Part shown: positions 40,327 through 50,898 of the stretch, piece after piece
Layout of the letters: each line of letters begins with the position of its first letter
Position numbering within the stretch: the first letter of the stretch is position 1
Assembly (NCBI GenBank): GCA_963848135.1
Contig: CAWKCK010000001.1
Location: 62,001-126,000 of the forward strand
Length of the DNA stretch: 64,000 bases
Direction: 5' to 3'
From: an uncultured delta proteobacterium
Lineage (GTDB): Bacteria; Desulfobacterota; Desulfobacteria; Desulfobacterales; SG8-13
Position numbers and translations under genes: made by a program
The notes under the pieces: model-generated
The model's input: only the letters and a program-made list of their open reading frames with translations
Told to the model about the DNA's origin: nothing
Databases searched by the model: none

Positions 40327-42117
40327 ATGGATTCGCCCCGTAAACCGAGCGACAAAAAAAACTTGCGTTGGCTGTTAAAAAGCGCTCGACCGGCACGAAC
40401 CTGGGTACTGTTGTCGGTGGGACTGGGACTATGCAGCGGCCTGCTTCTGGTGGTCCAGGCCGGGTTTATGGCCCGTATTATCCAGGCCGTGTTCATCGAT
40501 CGGGTGCCGCGCCAGCTGTTGACGACACTTTTTGTGTGGCTGGCAATGGTGATCGTTGTCAGGGCAGCGCTGGCATGGGGGCGAGAAATCGCCGGTTTTC
40601 AAGCCGGTGCCCGTGTGCGCGAAGAGATTCGCATGGCTCTTTTAAGAAGGTTCGTCGAGCTCGGTCCGTCCTACACAGACCGGCAAAGAACTGGCGACCT
40701 GGCCAGCATCGTGCTGGAGCAAGTCGAAGGCCTGCACGATTTTTTCGCTCACTATCTACCGCAATTGGCTCTGGCCGTTTTGATCCCGGCCGCCATTCTT
40801 GCTTTTGTTTTCCCCCTCAGCTGGATTGCCGGTCTGCTGCTGCTGGGTACCGCTCCATTGATTCCTCTGTTCATGATCCTGGTGGGTATGGGCGCCGAAA
40901 GCATCAGCCAGCGCAATTTTCAGGCCCTGGCGCGCCTGAGTGCGCATTTCCTCGATACGCTCCAGGGCTTGGCCACCCTGAAACTTTTCAACCAAAGCCA
41001 AAGTGAAGGTGCCAAAATAGCCAAAACTTCAGCGGCGTATCGCCGTCATACCATGCGGGTACTGCGGGTGGCATTCCTCTCATCAGCGGTGCTGGAGTTT
41101 TTCAGTGCCGTGGCCATTGCCCTGGTGGCCGTCTATCTCGGTATGCATTACCTTGGCTACTTGCCGTTTGGTGATTACGGCCGCCCGCTTGACCTTGCCG
41201 GCGGGTTCTTCATTCTGTTGCTGGCCCCTGATTTCTACCTGCCGTTGCGTGAGTTGGGTACCCATTACCATGCACGGGCGGCGGCGGTAGGGGCCGCCGA
41301 GGGCATTTTAAAGGTGCTTTCGGCCACGGACCCACCGCTGCAAACCGACCGAAATCAGCACCTCCCGGCAGGCCCTATCGGTGTTCGATTCGAGGAGGTG
41401 TCCTTTTCCTATGGTAGCGACCGACAAGCGGTATTCCATGGCATCGGTTTTGAGTTGGCGCCGGGCGAACAGATGGCTCTCGTGGGGGCCAGCGGTGCCG
41501 GCAAGACAACGCTGCTGAATCTCTTAATGGCTTTCGTCGTGCCGAATGCAGGGCAAATTTGGATCAACGATGTTCCCATAGGCAAATTGGAACGTGAGCA
41601 CTTACTCCGCAAAGTGGCCTGGATCGGTCAGCGGCCGGTTCTGTTCCACGGAACGGTGCGGGAAAATATTCTGCTCGGCAGGCCCGACGCCGTTGCAAGC
41701 GAGCTGGAGGACGCCGCTCGGGCAGCGCAGGTGATCGAATTCTGTCGCCACCTCCCCGACGGTTTGGATACCCTGGTGGGCGAGCAGGGATACGGGCTGT
41801 CGCGGGGTCAGGCACAGCGAGTGGCCTTGGCGAGGGCATTTCTCAAAAACGCCCCATTGTTACTGTTGGATGAGCCGACCGCTGGGCTGGACGCCGAAAG
41901 TGAACAGATGGTACTGACGGCGATCGACACGCTTTCCCAGGATCGCACCGTTTTGATGACCACCCATCGTCTGGAGAATTTGCAAAAAGTCGACCGGATC
42001 ATCGTCCTGGCCGATGGCCGCATTGTTGAACAGGGCGTGTATACACAGCTGATGACGGCCGGATCCGCTTTTTACCGTCTGGTGCTACGGGAAAAGGGAG
42101 ACGCGGGTAATGAATGA
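40327..42117 (+). CDS. cydD: Thiol/heme ABC exporter subunit CydD
   Basis: TAPLIPLFMILVG, TMRVLRVAFLSSAVLEFF, Walker A GASGAGKT. Confidence 0.93.
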   Translation: MDSPRKPSDKKNLRWLLKSARPARTWVLLSVGLGLCSGLLLVVQAGFMARIIQAVFIDRVPRQLLTTLFVWLAMVIVVRAALAWGREIAGFQAGARVREEIRMALLRRFVELGPSYTDRQRTGDLASIVLEQVEGLHDFFAHYLPQLALAVLIPAAILAFVFPLSWIAGLLLLGTAPLIPLFMILVGMGAESISQRNFQALARLSAHFLDTLQGLATLKLFNQSQSEGAKIAKTSAAYRRHTMRVLRVAFLSSAVLEFFSAVAIALVAVYLGMHYLGYLPFGDYGRPLDLAGGFFILLLAPDFYLPLRELGTHYHARAAAVGAAEGILKVLSATDPPLQTDRNQHLPAGPIGVRFEEVSFSYGSDRQAVFHGIGFELAPGEQMALVGASGAGKTTLLNLLMAFVVPNAGQIWINDVPIGKLEREHLLRKVAWIGQRPVLFHGTVRENILLGRPDAVASELEDAARAAQVIEFCRHLPDGLDTLVGEQGYGLSRGQAQRVALARAFLKNAPLLLLDEPTAGLDAESEQMVLTAIDTLSQDRTVLMTTHRLENLQKVDRIIVLADGRIVEQGVYTQLMTAGSAFYRLVLREKGDAGNE

Positions 42118-43867
42118 TCGCACGTCGGTTTTAAGGCCTTTTATCCGCCTGCTTACCGGGCACTGGAAGCGGATGGCGGCCGGCACGCTGTTCGGTTTGA
42201 TTACCCTTACGTCCGCTGTGGGGTTGATGGCACTGTCGGGATGGTTTCTGTCGGCCGCCGCTCATGCCGGGCTGACCCTGGCGACAGCGCAGCGGTTCAA
42301 CTATTTCTTTCCCAGCATCGGTTTAAGGATATTCGCCATTTCCCGCACCTTGGGCCGCTATGTCGAACGCATCGTTTCACATGATGCCACCTTCCGCATG
42401 CTGGAGAGCTTGAGAGTTTGGTTTTACGCGCGCATTGAACCCCTCGCACCGGCCCGGTTAATGAAGTATCGCAGCGGTGACATCCTCAACCGCATCGTGG
42501 CCGATATAGACGCTCTGGACAACCTTTACTTGCGGGTATTATCGCCCTTCCTGGCGGCCTGCGGATTGGCCGTCCTTCTGACAGTGTTTTTATATGCCTA
42601 TGCACCTAATATTGCCCTGGCCACACTCGGTTTCATGTTTATTGCCGGGGTTGCACTGCCGGCAGCCGCCGGAGTGATGGGCGCTTCCGACGGGCGAAAA
42701 TTGGCCCAGTTAACAGCCCAGATGCGGATGCACGTCGTCGAGGGCGTCCAGGGGTTGTCGGAACTGTTGGTGTATGGTCGCAACCGCGCATATCTGGATC
42801 AAATCCGGCAGGATAACAGGGCTCTGCTGGCGGCGCAGCGGCGCATGAGCCATATGCGCGGCATTTGTACCGCTGGGATCGTTATTTTGTCCGGGATAGC
42901 GGTCCTGACGGCTTTGTACCTGGGGGCGGCCCTGGTGAACGGAGGTTTTCTGCCAGGCGCCAACCTGGCCATGATTTCACTGGCAGTTCTGGCGGCTTTC
43001 GATGCCATGATGCCTTTGCCGCTGGCTTTCCAGTACCTCGGGCGCACCCGGGAAGCGGGGCGGCGGTTGTTGGATGTCGTCGGGATCCTGCCGGCGGTGT
43101 CATTCCCGACGCAGTCCATCGGTCGACCGGCGGACCGGTTCGATATTTCCTTTGATCGGGTCAGCTTTCGGTACACTGACCTTGCGCCATTCGCCTTAGA
43201 GGATGTCGATTTTAGGGTGCCTGCCGGACAACGCGTTGCTCTTATCGGTCAAACCGGTGCCGGAAAGTCGACCTTGGCCTACCTGCTGGCCCGGTTTTGG
43301 GATCCTACCACCGGAACCATCTCCATTGGCTCGAAAGACATTCGCGATTTCAGTGAAGACGATCTGAGACGCAATGTTTCCATGGTATCACAGCAGGCGC
43401 ACTTATTTTCCGCCAGTGTGCGGAGTAACCTGCTCATTGGACGTCCGGCCGCTGATGACAGCGACCTGTGGCGGGCTTTGGAATCCGTCCGCCTGGACGA
43501 TTTCATCCGATCGCTGCCCCAGGGACTCGACACATGGGTCGGAGAATCCGGTCGCCTGATATCAGGCGGACAGGCCAGACGCCTGGCGATAGCCCGGACC
43601 ATTCTTCGCGATGCACCGATTTGGATCCTGGACGAACCGACCGAAGGACTCGATAGAGTGACCGAAAGACTCGTCCTCGAGACACTTTTCGACATTACCT
43701 GCGATAAAACCGTTTTGCTTATCACCCATCGACTGGTGGACCTCGACCGTATGAACCGGATTCTGGTTATGGAAAACGGCCGGATTATCGAACAAGGGAC
43801 CCATGCGGAGCTCCTGAATGGTCGCACCCGCTATGCTTCTTTGTGTGAGGGTACAGTATTGACCTGA
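42110..43867 (+). CDS. cydC: Thiol/heme ABC exporter subunit CydC
   Basis: LSGWFL, RYVERIVSHDATFR, DEPTEGLD. Confidence 0.93.
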   Translation: MNDRTSVLRPFIRLLTGHWKRMAAGTLFGLITLTSAVGLMALSGWFLSAAAHAGLTLATAQRFNYFFPSIGLRIFAISRTLGRYVERIVSHDATFRMLESLRVWFYARIEPLAPARLMKYRSGDILNRIVADIDALDNLYLRVLSPFLAACGLAVLLTVFLYAYAPNIALATLGFMFIAGVALPAAAGVMGASDGRKLAQLTAQMRMHVVEGVQGLSELLVYGRNRAYLDQIRQDNRALLAAQRRMSHMRGICTAGIVILSGIAVLTALYLGAALVNGGFLPGANLAMISLAVLAAFDAMMPLPLAFQYLGRTREAGRRLLDVVGILPAVSFPTQSIGRPADRFDISFDRVSFRYTDLAPFALEDVDFRVPAGQRVALIGQTGAGKSTLAYLLARFWDPTTGTISIGSKDIRDFSEDDLRRNVSMVSQQAHLFSASVRSNLLIGRPAADDSDLWRALESVRLDDFIRSLPQGLDTWVGESGRLISGGQARRLAIARTILRDAPIWILDEPTEGLDRVTERLVLETLFDITCDKTVLLITHRLVDLDRMNRILVMENGRIIEQGTHAELLNGRTRYASLCEGTVLT

Positions 43868-44004
43868 ACCCTTCCCATCTGGAGGAGGAGCCGGAGAGGA
43901 TTAACCGATGCGGGAAAATGAGGTCAACACGAGTAAACTCGAAATTCGAATATCGAAACCCGAATGTTAAATGGCATTTTCGGTCCCAATCAGGATAAAG
44001 AGGA

Positions 44005-44556
44005 ATGAAACCACGAATGGAGAACAAAACCATGGAATCTAAGCTGCAGCGGATTAAGATGGTTCTTATGGATGTGGACGGCGTGATGACCGGCGGGGAG
44101 ATCATCTATACCGCCTCCGGAGACGAACTCAAGGTATTTAACATTCACGACGGAATGGGCATTACCCTCGCCCGCATGGCCGGTTTGAAAACCGGCATCA
44201 TTACTGGCCGGATGTCGGAGATGGTTCGTCGCCGGACGGAAGAACTCAAGTTCGATGTGGTCGTCCAGGGCCGGGTGCACAAACTGGCCGCTTATGAAGA
44301 CATACGGGAACAATTCCGGTTACATGACGAGGAAATCGCTTATATCGGGGATGATCTCGTTGACCTGTGCATCCTTACACGGGTGGGTTTCAGCGTGGCC
44401 GTGGCCGATGCCCGCGAAGCGGTCACTGCCGCCTGCGACTACGTGACAGCGGCCGGCGGTGGACGCGGTGCCGTGCGCGAGGTGATCGACTTGATTCTCC
44501 AGGGTCAGGGCAAGCTCGAGAATCTGGTGGCGCAGCTGAAGCGCGGGAAGGAATGA
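44005..44556 (+). CDS. kdsC: KDO-8-phosphate phosphatase (HAD)
   Basis: MDVDGVMT, FNIHDGMG, YIGDDLVD, GGRGAVRE. Confidence 0.9.
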   Translation: MKPRMENKTMESKLQRIKMVLMDVDGVMTGGEIIYTASGDELKVFNIHDGMGITLARMAGLKTGIITGRMSEMVRRRTEELKFDVVVQGRVHKLAAYEDIREQFRLHDEEIAYIGDDLVDLCILTRVGFSVAVADAREAVTAACDYVTAAGGGRGAVREVIDLILQGQGKLENLVAQLKRGKE

Positions 44557-44814
44557 TACGGCTTGCGCTAAGCGAGTGCCATTTGACAGAAGGGTTAGTG
44601 ATCCGCCGGCTTTATCGTCTAAGGTACGCGATGCCGAAAAATTCTTATGAAACGTTCGGGTTGAGGCTTACCGATCGCATAATATCGAGATAGATATCGG
44701 CTGCCGAACAGACCTGTTGAAAAGAAATTGATTCTTCCTGGGAATGGTCCTGCGCCAGCTTTCCGGGCCCAAGAATGACCGGTTAACTGACCTTTTATCT
44801 GATTTCAAGGGGTG

Positions 44815-45741
44815 CTACTCATCGATAAAAAGGTCAGTGCTGATGTAGCGCTCGCCGGTACTGGGCAAGATGACGACGATATTCTTGCCGCCGGCATCCG
44901 GCCGCTTGGCGACTTCCAGGGCCGCCCGAACCGCAGCTCCCGATGAAATTCCGCACAGGATGCCTTCTTCCTTGGCCACAAGGCGCGCGGTTTCGAAAGC
45001 CTCTTCGTTTGATACCTGAATCACCTCGTCCAGAAGGTCTCTCACCAGCACTTCCGGAATAAAGCCCGCCCCGATGCCCTGGATCTTATGCGGACCTTTT
45101 TGGCCCCCGGAAAGCACCGGTGAACCTGTCGGTTCGACGGCGACGGCCTTGAACGAGCGTTTGCGCTGCTTGATCACCTGAGCCACCCCGGTTATAGTGC
45201 CGCCGGTTCCTACGCCGGCCACCAGGAAATCCACTTGGCCTTCCGTGTCGTACCAGATTTCCTCGGCCGTCGTTTCACGATGAACGCGAGGGTTGGCAGG
45301 ATTGGCAAACTGGTTCGGCATGTAGCCGGTCTTTTCCGAGGCGAGAATTTCTTGGGCCTTTTCGATAGCGCCTTTCATCCCTTCAGCGCCTGGCGTGAGC
45401 ACCAGCTGGGCGCCTAAATGTTTCAACAGTTTGCGTCTTTCGATACTCATAGTATCAGGCATGGTGAGGCACAGGCGGTAATTGCGGGCGGCGCAGATAA
45501 AGGCCAGGGCGATTCCAGTATTGCCGCTTGTGGGTTCGACAATGAGGGTCTCGGGCGTTATCAGACCCTCCCGCTCAGCCGCATCAATCATTGAGGTCGC
45601 TATGCGGTCCTTGATGCTGCCGAGAGGGTTGAAAAATTCGAGTTTGGCGAAAATATCGGCGTCGAGCCCGGCAGCCACTCGATTGAGGCGGACCAGCGGG
45701 GTCGCCCCTATGGTGCTTCCAATGTTGTTGAAATATCTCAT
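44815..45741 (-). CDS. cysK: Cysteine synthase A
   Basis: [27 protein letters not shown]. Confidence 0.95.
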   Translation of the reverse strand: MRYFNNIGSTIGATPLVRLNRVAAGLDADIFAKLEFFNPLGSIKDRIATSMIDAAEREGLITPETLIVEPTSGNTGIALAFICAARNYRLCLTMPDTMSIERRKLLKHLGAQLVLTPGAEGMKGAIEKAQEILASEKTGYMPNQFANPANPRVHRETTAEEIWYDTEGQVDFLVAGVGTGGTITGVAQVIKQRKRSFKAVAVEPTGSPVLSGGQKGPHKIQGIGAGFIPEVLVRDLLDEVIQVSNEEAFETARLVAKEEGILCGISSGAAVRAALEVAKRPDAGGKNIVVILPSTGERYISTDLFIDE

Positions 45742-45763
45742 GGGGATCTCCTTAATTGCCTGG

Positions 45764-46714
45764 TTAGCGGAAACGCTGCTGCTGCGGTTCCATGATCACC
45801 TTGGTGTCCGGCGGTATGGAACGGGTGATCCACACATTGCCGCCGATGACCGAACGGGCGCCGATGACTGTTTCGCCCCCGAGGATCGTCGCTCCCGAGT
45901 AGATGATGACGTCATCCTCTATGGTCGGATGGCGTTTCTTTCCGCGGAGTTTTTCACCGGCATCCTTGGGCAGTGATAGCGCCCCGAGGGTGACACCCTG
46001 GTATATCCGCACATCGCGACCGATCTCGGTGGTTTCCCCCACCACGATGCCGGTGCCATGGTCAATGCAAAAACGATCACTGATTTTGGCGCCGGGATGA
46101 ATATCGATGCCGGTGATGTTGTGGGCGTGCTCGCTCATGATACGGGGCAGGAGCGGAACCCCGAGATCATATAGCCTGTGAGCCACCCGGTAGACCGTGA
46201 TGGCGAATATCCCCGGGTAGCTGAAAATGATTTCGTCGGTGCTCTTGGCTGCCGGGTCGCCGTCATAGGCCGCCTGGATGTCGGTGGCTAGCGTTCGGCG
46301 GATGGCCGGAATCTCATCGAGCAGGGCCAGGGCGACCTCGTGACCGCGGTCCCGACACTCGCTGCAGGGCTGATCGTAGCGGAAGCAATCGTGGCGAATG
46401 CTCAGACTTACCTGTTCGGAGATCATGTCGAATAGGACCGAGACCGCCTGTCCTAAGTAGTACTTCAGGTTAACCGGATCGAGTTTTTCCCTGGTGAAGT
46501 ATCCCGGAAACAGCACTTCGCGGAATTTTTCAATAATATCGATGACCGATTGTTTGGAGGGAATCGGTTCGTAATCGACGTGGGTGTAGCCTTCATTTCC
46601 GAAGCAGCTGGTGATTATCTTTTCGGCGATGGCCGGCAACCGATCCCTCAGACGTGAATCTGCGGCAGCTTCCATTTTGCAAGAGGCCTCGCTGTGTTCC
46701 TTTGGACTGCCCAT
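45764..46714 (-). CDS. cysE: Serine O-acetyltransferase (EpsC-like long form)
   Basis: [35 protein letters not shown]. Confidence 0.92.
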   Translation of the reverse strand: MGSPKEHSEASCKMEAAADSRLRDRLPAIAEKIITSCFGNEGYTHVDYEPIPSKQSVIDIIEKFREVLFPGYFTREKLDPVNLKYYLGQAVSVLFDMISEQVSLSIRHDCFRYDQPCSECRDRGHEVALALLDEIPAIRRTLATDIQAAYDGDPAAKSTDEIIFSYPGIFAITVYRVAHRLYDLGVPLLPRIMSEHAHNITGIDIHPGAKISDRFCIDHGTGIVVGETTEIGRDVRIYQGVTLGALSLPKDAGEKLRGKKRHPTIEDDVIIYSGATILGGETVIGARSVIGGNVWITRSIPPDTKVIMEPQQQRFR

Positions 46715-47006
46715 TTCATGATCTCCCTATTGGCGGATCGTATTCAAGCATTTCAACGGTTTGATGTTAAACGTAAAGCAGGGCCCGGACCTTGTCAAAA
46801 CGGACCACCTGTGTCTCTCCGCGAATGGGGTGTTTAATTTTCAAAATTACACACTTGTGTGTATTTATTTCCCCGGCCCGGCTTTGTATGGTAATTTACC
46901 ATCTGGTCCCAGGAAGTCGGTGCTCGCAGGGGTTCGGGCCGCCGACAGGCGCCCCGGCTAAGATAATGACACCCCGCCGCATCCCATTCACCAAGGAATC
47001 CTGCTG

Positions 47007-47585
47007 ATGAAGAAAAAATATATTATCGGTGCGCTCCTCGTTCTCCTGGGAGTCATGATTTCTTTTCCCCTCTTCAGCATGACTTACTATACCATGGTAC
47101 GAACCTCCACACCGGATTTCTGCGCTTCCTGTCACGAGATCAAACCGGCGGTGAGGGCATGGCACGCCTCGACTCACGCCAACAACGGTGCCGGCGTGGT
47201 GGTGGACTGCATGGATTGCCATCTTCCGGCTCCTCAAAACACCTTCGATTTTCTTTTCGCCAAGACATATCACGGCATCAAGGACGTTGCGCTTCACTTT
47301 ATGGGCGGGGAGTATGACCGTGAAAAAGCCCGCAACGCCGCTTATGCCGCTTTCGAGAATTCCGAGTGTCAAAAATGTCACCGTAACATTCTTTACATGC
47401 CCCAGAGTCGGGGAGCCATGCGGGCCCACCGGTCAGTACTTTACGCCCGACCGGGGTATGAGCTGAAGTGCGTCGATTGCCACTACGACCTGGTTCATAA
47501 CGACAAGACTTCGGTCATGTTCCGCCAGTATCGCGAGGTACCGTACCAGGCCAAGGGCCTTAAACCAGAAAAACTCGGTTACTAA
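47007..47585 (+). CDS. NapC/NirT-family membrane tetraheme cytochrome c
   Basis: N-terminal TM helix, TSTPDFCASCH, four CxxCH motifs. Confidence 0.92.
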   Translation: MKKKYIIGALLVLLGVMISFPLFSMTYYTMVRTSTPDFCASCHEIKPAVRAWHASTHANNGAGVVVDCMDCHLPAPQNTFDFLFAKTYHGIKDVALHFMGGEYDREKARNAAYAAFENSECQKCHRNILYMPQSRGAMRAHRSVLYARPGYELKCVDCHYDLVHNDKTSVMFRQYREVPYQAKGLKPEKLGY

Positions 47586-47617
47586 TAATTGGGTAAGTCC
47601 CTATTTCGAAAGGAGTT

Positions 47618-49030
47618 GTGCCAATGAGGAGAGTATCGTTCCTGCCAGCAATCGGACTGCTACTTGTTGGATTGCTTCTTTACGGCGGTTTTTCGGCAGT
47701 CAATGCTCAGCAGCCGAATTTCCCCGTCGTGAAGGAGTTTCGCATCGAACGCAGTATTCCCCCCCAGGCCGTGGCTTGTATCGAATGCCACCGGGCAACC
47801 ACACCGGGCATATTCGCGGACTGGGCCATGAGTCGGCATGCCAATGCCAATATCACGTGTTTGGATTGCCACCTGGTTCAACCCGGGGAAGAAGACATCG
47901 CCAGAGGGCACGAGAAATACTACGGTCGTTCGGACCTGCCGTACGGCGAAAGTAAATACAAAGTACCGATTGCCTCTATTGTCACCCCCAAGGATTGCTC
48001 GCGCTGCCATCCCGATGAAGCGACCCAATACAGCCGCTCCAAGCACGCCAATACTCTCGAGATCATATGGAAAATCGATCCTTGGCTCAACAAAGGTATG
48101 AACTCCGACAACGAGCGTAAAACCGGTTGTTTCAACTGCCACGGTACGGTGATCACACTCGATGACAAAGGCAATATTGACCCGGCCACCTGGCCGAATG
48201 CCGGTGTGGGGCGACTCAATGTGGACGGCAGCAAGGGGTCGTGTACCTCGTGTCACACCCGCCACCGTTTCTCCATTGCCGAGGCCCGCATGCCGGAAGC
48301 CTGTGACCAATGCCACCTTGGCCCGGATCACCCGCAAATAGAGATCTATAACGAATCCAAGCACGGCACCATGTACCATGCCTACAAGGACGAATATAAT
48401 TTCAAGGCGGCCGCCGGAACGTGGACCGCTGGCGTCGACTATCGCGCGCCGACCTGTGCGGCATGCCACATGTCCGGTTCGGGCAAGGTCATGGGGTCCC
48501 ACGATGTGACCGAACGGCTGTCCTGGGAGACCCAGGCGCCTCTGACCGTGCGGCCGCAGGATTTCAAACCCTTCCCGGCCAAAACCGACTGGCAGACGGA
48601 ACGGGAGAAAATGAAAAACGTTTGCCGCCAGTGCCACGGAGATTCCTGGATCAACGATTTCTACGATGGCTTTGACGAGGCAGTGAAAGAGTACAACGAT
48701 GTCTACTTCAAACCGGCGAAGGCCACCTTGGATGAGCTTTATGAAAAAGGGTTGCTGAGCAAGGAGAAGTTCTTCGACGAACACCTGGAAGTGGAATACT
48801 ATGAACTATGGCATCACGAGGGACGCCGGGCGCGGATGGGTGCCATGATGATGGCCCCCGACTACGCCTGGTGGCACGGTTTCTATGAATGCAAGCTCCG
48901 TTTCAATGCCTATATGGAAGCTGCGGATCACCTGATCAAGACCGGCGAAAAGGCCTACATCTATCCGAATTTCCCCAATGCGACGGGATCGACCCAGCGT
49001 CCCGAAAAAATCTTCGGGCCGCAACAGTAA
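47618..49030 (+). CDS. Octaheme cytochrome c, hydroxylamine oxidoreductase (HAO) family
   Basis: Signal peptide, eight CxxCH motifs, CHTRHRFS, CHLGPDHPQIEIYNESKHG, MAPDYAWWHG. Confidence 0.9.
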   Translation: MPMRRVSFLPAIGLLLVGLLLYGGFSAVNAQQPNFPVVKEFRIERSIPPQAVACIECHRATTPGIFADWAMSRHANANITCLDCHLVQPGEEDIARGHEKYYGRSDLPYGESKYKVPIASIVTPKDCSRCHPDEATQYSRSKHANTLEIIWKIDPWLNKGMNSDNERKTGCFNCHGTVITLDDKGNIDPATWPNAGVGRLNVDGSKGSCTSCHTRHRFSIAEARMPEACDQCHLGPDHPQIEIYNESKHGTMYHAYKDEYNFKAAAGTWTAGVDYRAPTCAACHMSGSGKVMGSHDVTERLSWETQAPLTVRPQDFKPFPAKTDWQTEREKMKNVCRQCHGDSWINDFYDGFDEAVKEYNDVYFKPAKATLDELYEKGLLSKEKFFDEHLEVEYYELWHHEGRRARMGAMMMAPDYAWWHGFYECKLRFNAYMEAADHLIKTGEKAYIYPNFPNATGSTQRPEKIFGPQQ

Positions 49031-49058
49031 GTCATATATTCCCATTTTGGCCAACTCT

Positions 49059-49095
49059 AAACCCCGCTGCGTGTATACACGCAGCGGGGTTTTTT
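49059..49095 (+). terminator. Terminator built on a perfect 34-bp palindrome
   Basis: AAACCCCGCTGCGTGTA|TACACGCAGCGGGGTTT plus T tail, after the HAO-family gene. Confidence 0.85.
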
Positions 49096-49289
49096 CTAAG
49101 CGCCCGTCCGTAAATGCCTTCTTGGCGATCTGGTTGCAGCCTTTTAGATGACTTTTCCCCGCGGAACCATATTGTATTTACGAATGGAACACTCAGTTGC
49201 CCACCTATCATTGTTGGATATGCCCGACCGCAATCAGATGTTCCCAAATTTTTCAAATTTCATGAAAAATGTTCACTAAAAATGCGGCT

Positions 49290-49847
49290 TTAGGGTTCCA
49301 ACCATACTGTGTGAATATCGTTTACACTCTCCTTGACCGAACGGAGTGCGTATCGCAGACGGGTGTACATCAGGGCCAGGCCAATGATTTCAGATAGCAT
49401 CATCAAGGAATCCAGGTCACTTACCGAGAGATTCCAGACCGCATGATGATAGAGACGCAAGGCGCCGATTACCCGGCCGTGCAGCTTGATGGGGAGCGAA
49501 ACGATGGCCCGAACGCCTTCGGCTTTGGCTTCCTGCGGATACTGCAACAGATCAGAGCGGGTGATGTCACTCACAACAATCGGTTCGCCCTTGACGGTGC
49601 GGGCAATACTTTTGGCAGTCAACACCGGGCCCTTGTTGACATAGCTGACGCTGAGTCCGAAGGTTCCCAGAATTTCCAGTTCTTCGGTTTCGTGGTTCAA
49701 GGCAAAGATACTGCAGCCTTTGATCTCGAGCGCGGCGACCAGAAGCTGGGAAAGGTGGCCGGTCATCAATTCCAGGTTATCAGATCGCGCAATCGCTCGG
49801 GTAACCACCTTGAAAAGATCGATATCAAATTTTTCTACCTTACCCAT
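49290..49847 (-). CDS. Stand-alone GAF-domain protein
   Basis: KGCSIF, GLSVSYVNKGP, EAKAEGVRAIVSLP, IGALRLY; GGAGG RBS. Confidence 0.85.
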   Translation of the reverse strand: MGKVEKFDIDLFKVVTRAIARSDNLELMTGHLSQLLVAALEIKGCSIFALNHETEELEILGTFGLSVSYVNKGPVLTAKSIARTVKGEPIVVSDITRSDLLQYPQEAKAEGVRAIVSLPIKLHGRVIGALRLYHHAVWNLSVSDLDSLMMLSEIIGLALMYTRLRYALRSVKESVNDIHTVWLEP

Positions 49848-49905
49848 GGGACACCTCCTCTATTAAAATATGGAAAAGAGGTTTGCTTTTCGGATGCCGT
49901 CAGTG

Positions 49906-50370
49906 TCAACATACGATACAGACAGTTGCATTCCGCAAGGCGGCGATGACTTTGGTGTGGACGCTGCCCGAAAAGAAGCGACCGATTTTCCCGGCTTTTC
50001 GGTTCAAAACCAGGAAGCTGAACTTTTCACCCCTGTGGAGGTCGATGATTTCGCCGGCAATTTCTTTTTTGCGGGGTTTGAACGTCGATTTTACCCTCTC
50101 TGCACCGAAACCTTTTTCAACGAGTTCTTCTTTGATTTCCTGAAACGTCATTTCAAGTTCGGACAATTTCTGGTTGAGATACGAGAAACTTTCTTTCAGT
50201 CTTCCCGTAACCGTCTCATTGCTGATGTCAACTGTCGGCAGAGGGGTGTACGAGTGGAAGAGCGTCACCTCGACATCTTCACGATGAGCAAAGGTGCGAA
50301 TGGTGAACTCCAGGGCTTTACGGTCGGACGCTGTAAAATTATACGGGAGTAGTAATTTTTGTGCGGCCAT
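49906..50370 (-). CDS. Universal stress protein (UspA domain)
   Basis: KLLLPYNFT...KALEF, VTLFH, FFSGSVHTKVI. Confidence 0.8.
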   Translation of the reverse strand: MAAQKLLLPYNFTASDRKALEFTIRTFAHREDVEVTLFHSYTPLPTVDISNETVTGRLKESFSYLNQKLSELEMTFQEIKEELVEKGFGAERVKSTFKPRKKEIAGEIIDLHRGEKFSFLVLNRKAGKIGRFFSGSVHTKVIAALRNATVCIVC

Positions 50371-50898
50371 TCTGCCCTCCTTTCGGTTGCGTAATTTTTG
50401 GAACCGATTCAGGGTGTCTCAAATCTAATAATTTGATACCCGCTTCAGGAATATCGGTTTTATCACATCAAAGGCACTTGCCTTGAATCTGCGGGGACCG
50501 TGACAATCGCGCAAACAAGCTGGCGATAAAGATCGGACGATGGTCCGTTTAAAAAAGAAGCGTGTATCCGGTGGGAATCGTGATTGCTTCAAAAAGTCTC
50601 AGCGGGGCGCGAAATGTATGATCGCTTTAAAAATTTAAACTCGAACCGAATGGAGGCCTGTTTTGTCGATTAAGAATAACGGGGCAGCAGCGGATAGCAG
50701 GTGAAAAGGGCGCCGGTCATCGGGAGAGATGTCAGTGGGGAGAACATCCACCTTCTACCAAGCTGCCACGGTGATGCCGATGCTGTCAAGAAAATTTTAC
50801 CTGCCAGAGGCCATTCGTGCGTCCCGATAAAATTCATGACATCTTTCCGGCAAATGAATAAGAAGAAAAAATACCAATCGGTCTCGTATACGGGTTGA

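Noticed and set aside
43935..43972. Degenerate heptamer run (AAACTCG AAATTCG AATATCG AAACCCG)
   Set aside because: Too short to assign a function; no spacers, so not CRISPR.
46848..46863. Palindrome TACACAC-TT-GTGTGTA upstream of the NapC/NirT gene
   Set aside because: A plausible operator, but a single instance with no regulator assignable.
47660..48784. Long antisense ORFs (also 55747-56994, 54253-55047 and 34326-35120)
   Set aside because: Shadows of well-supported genes on the opposite strand in GC-rich coding DNA.
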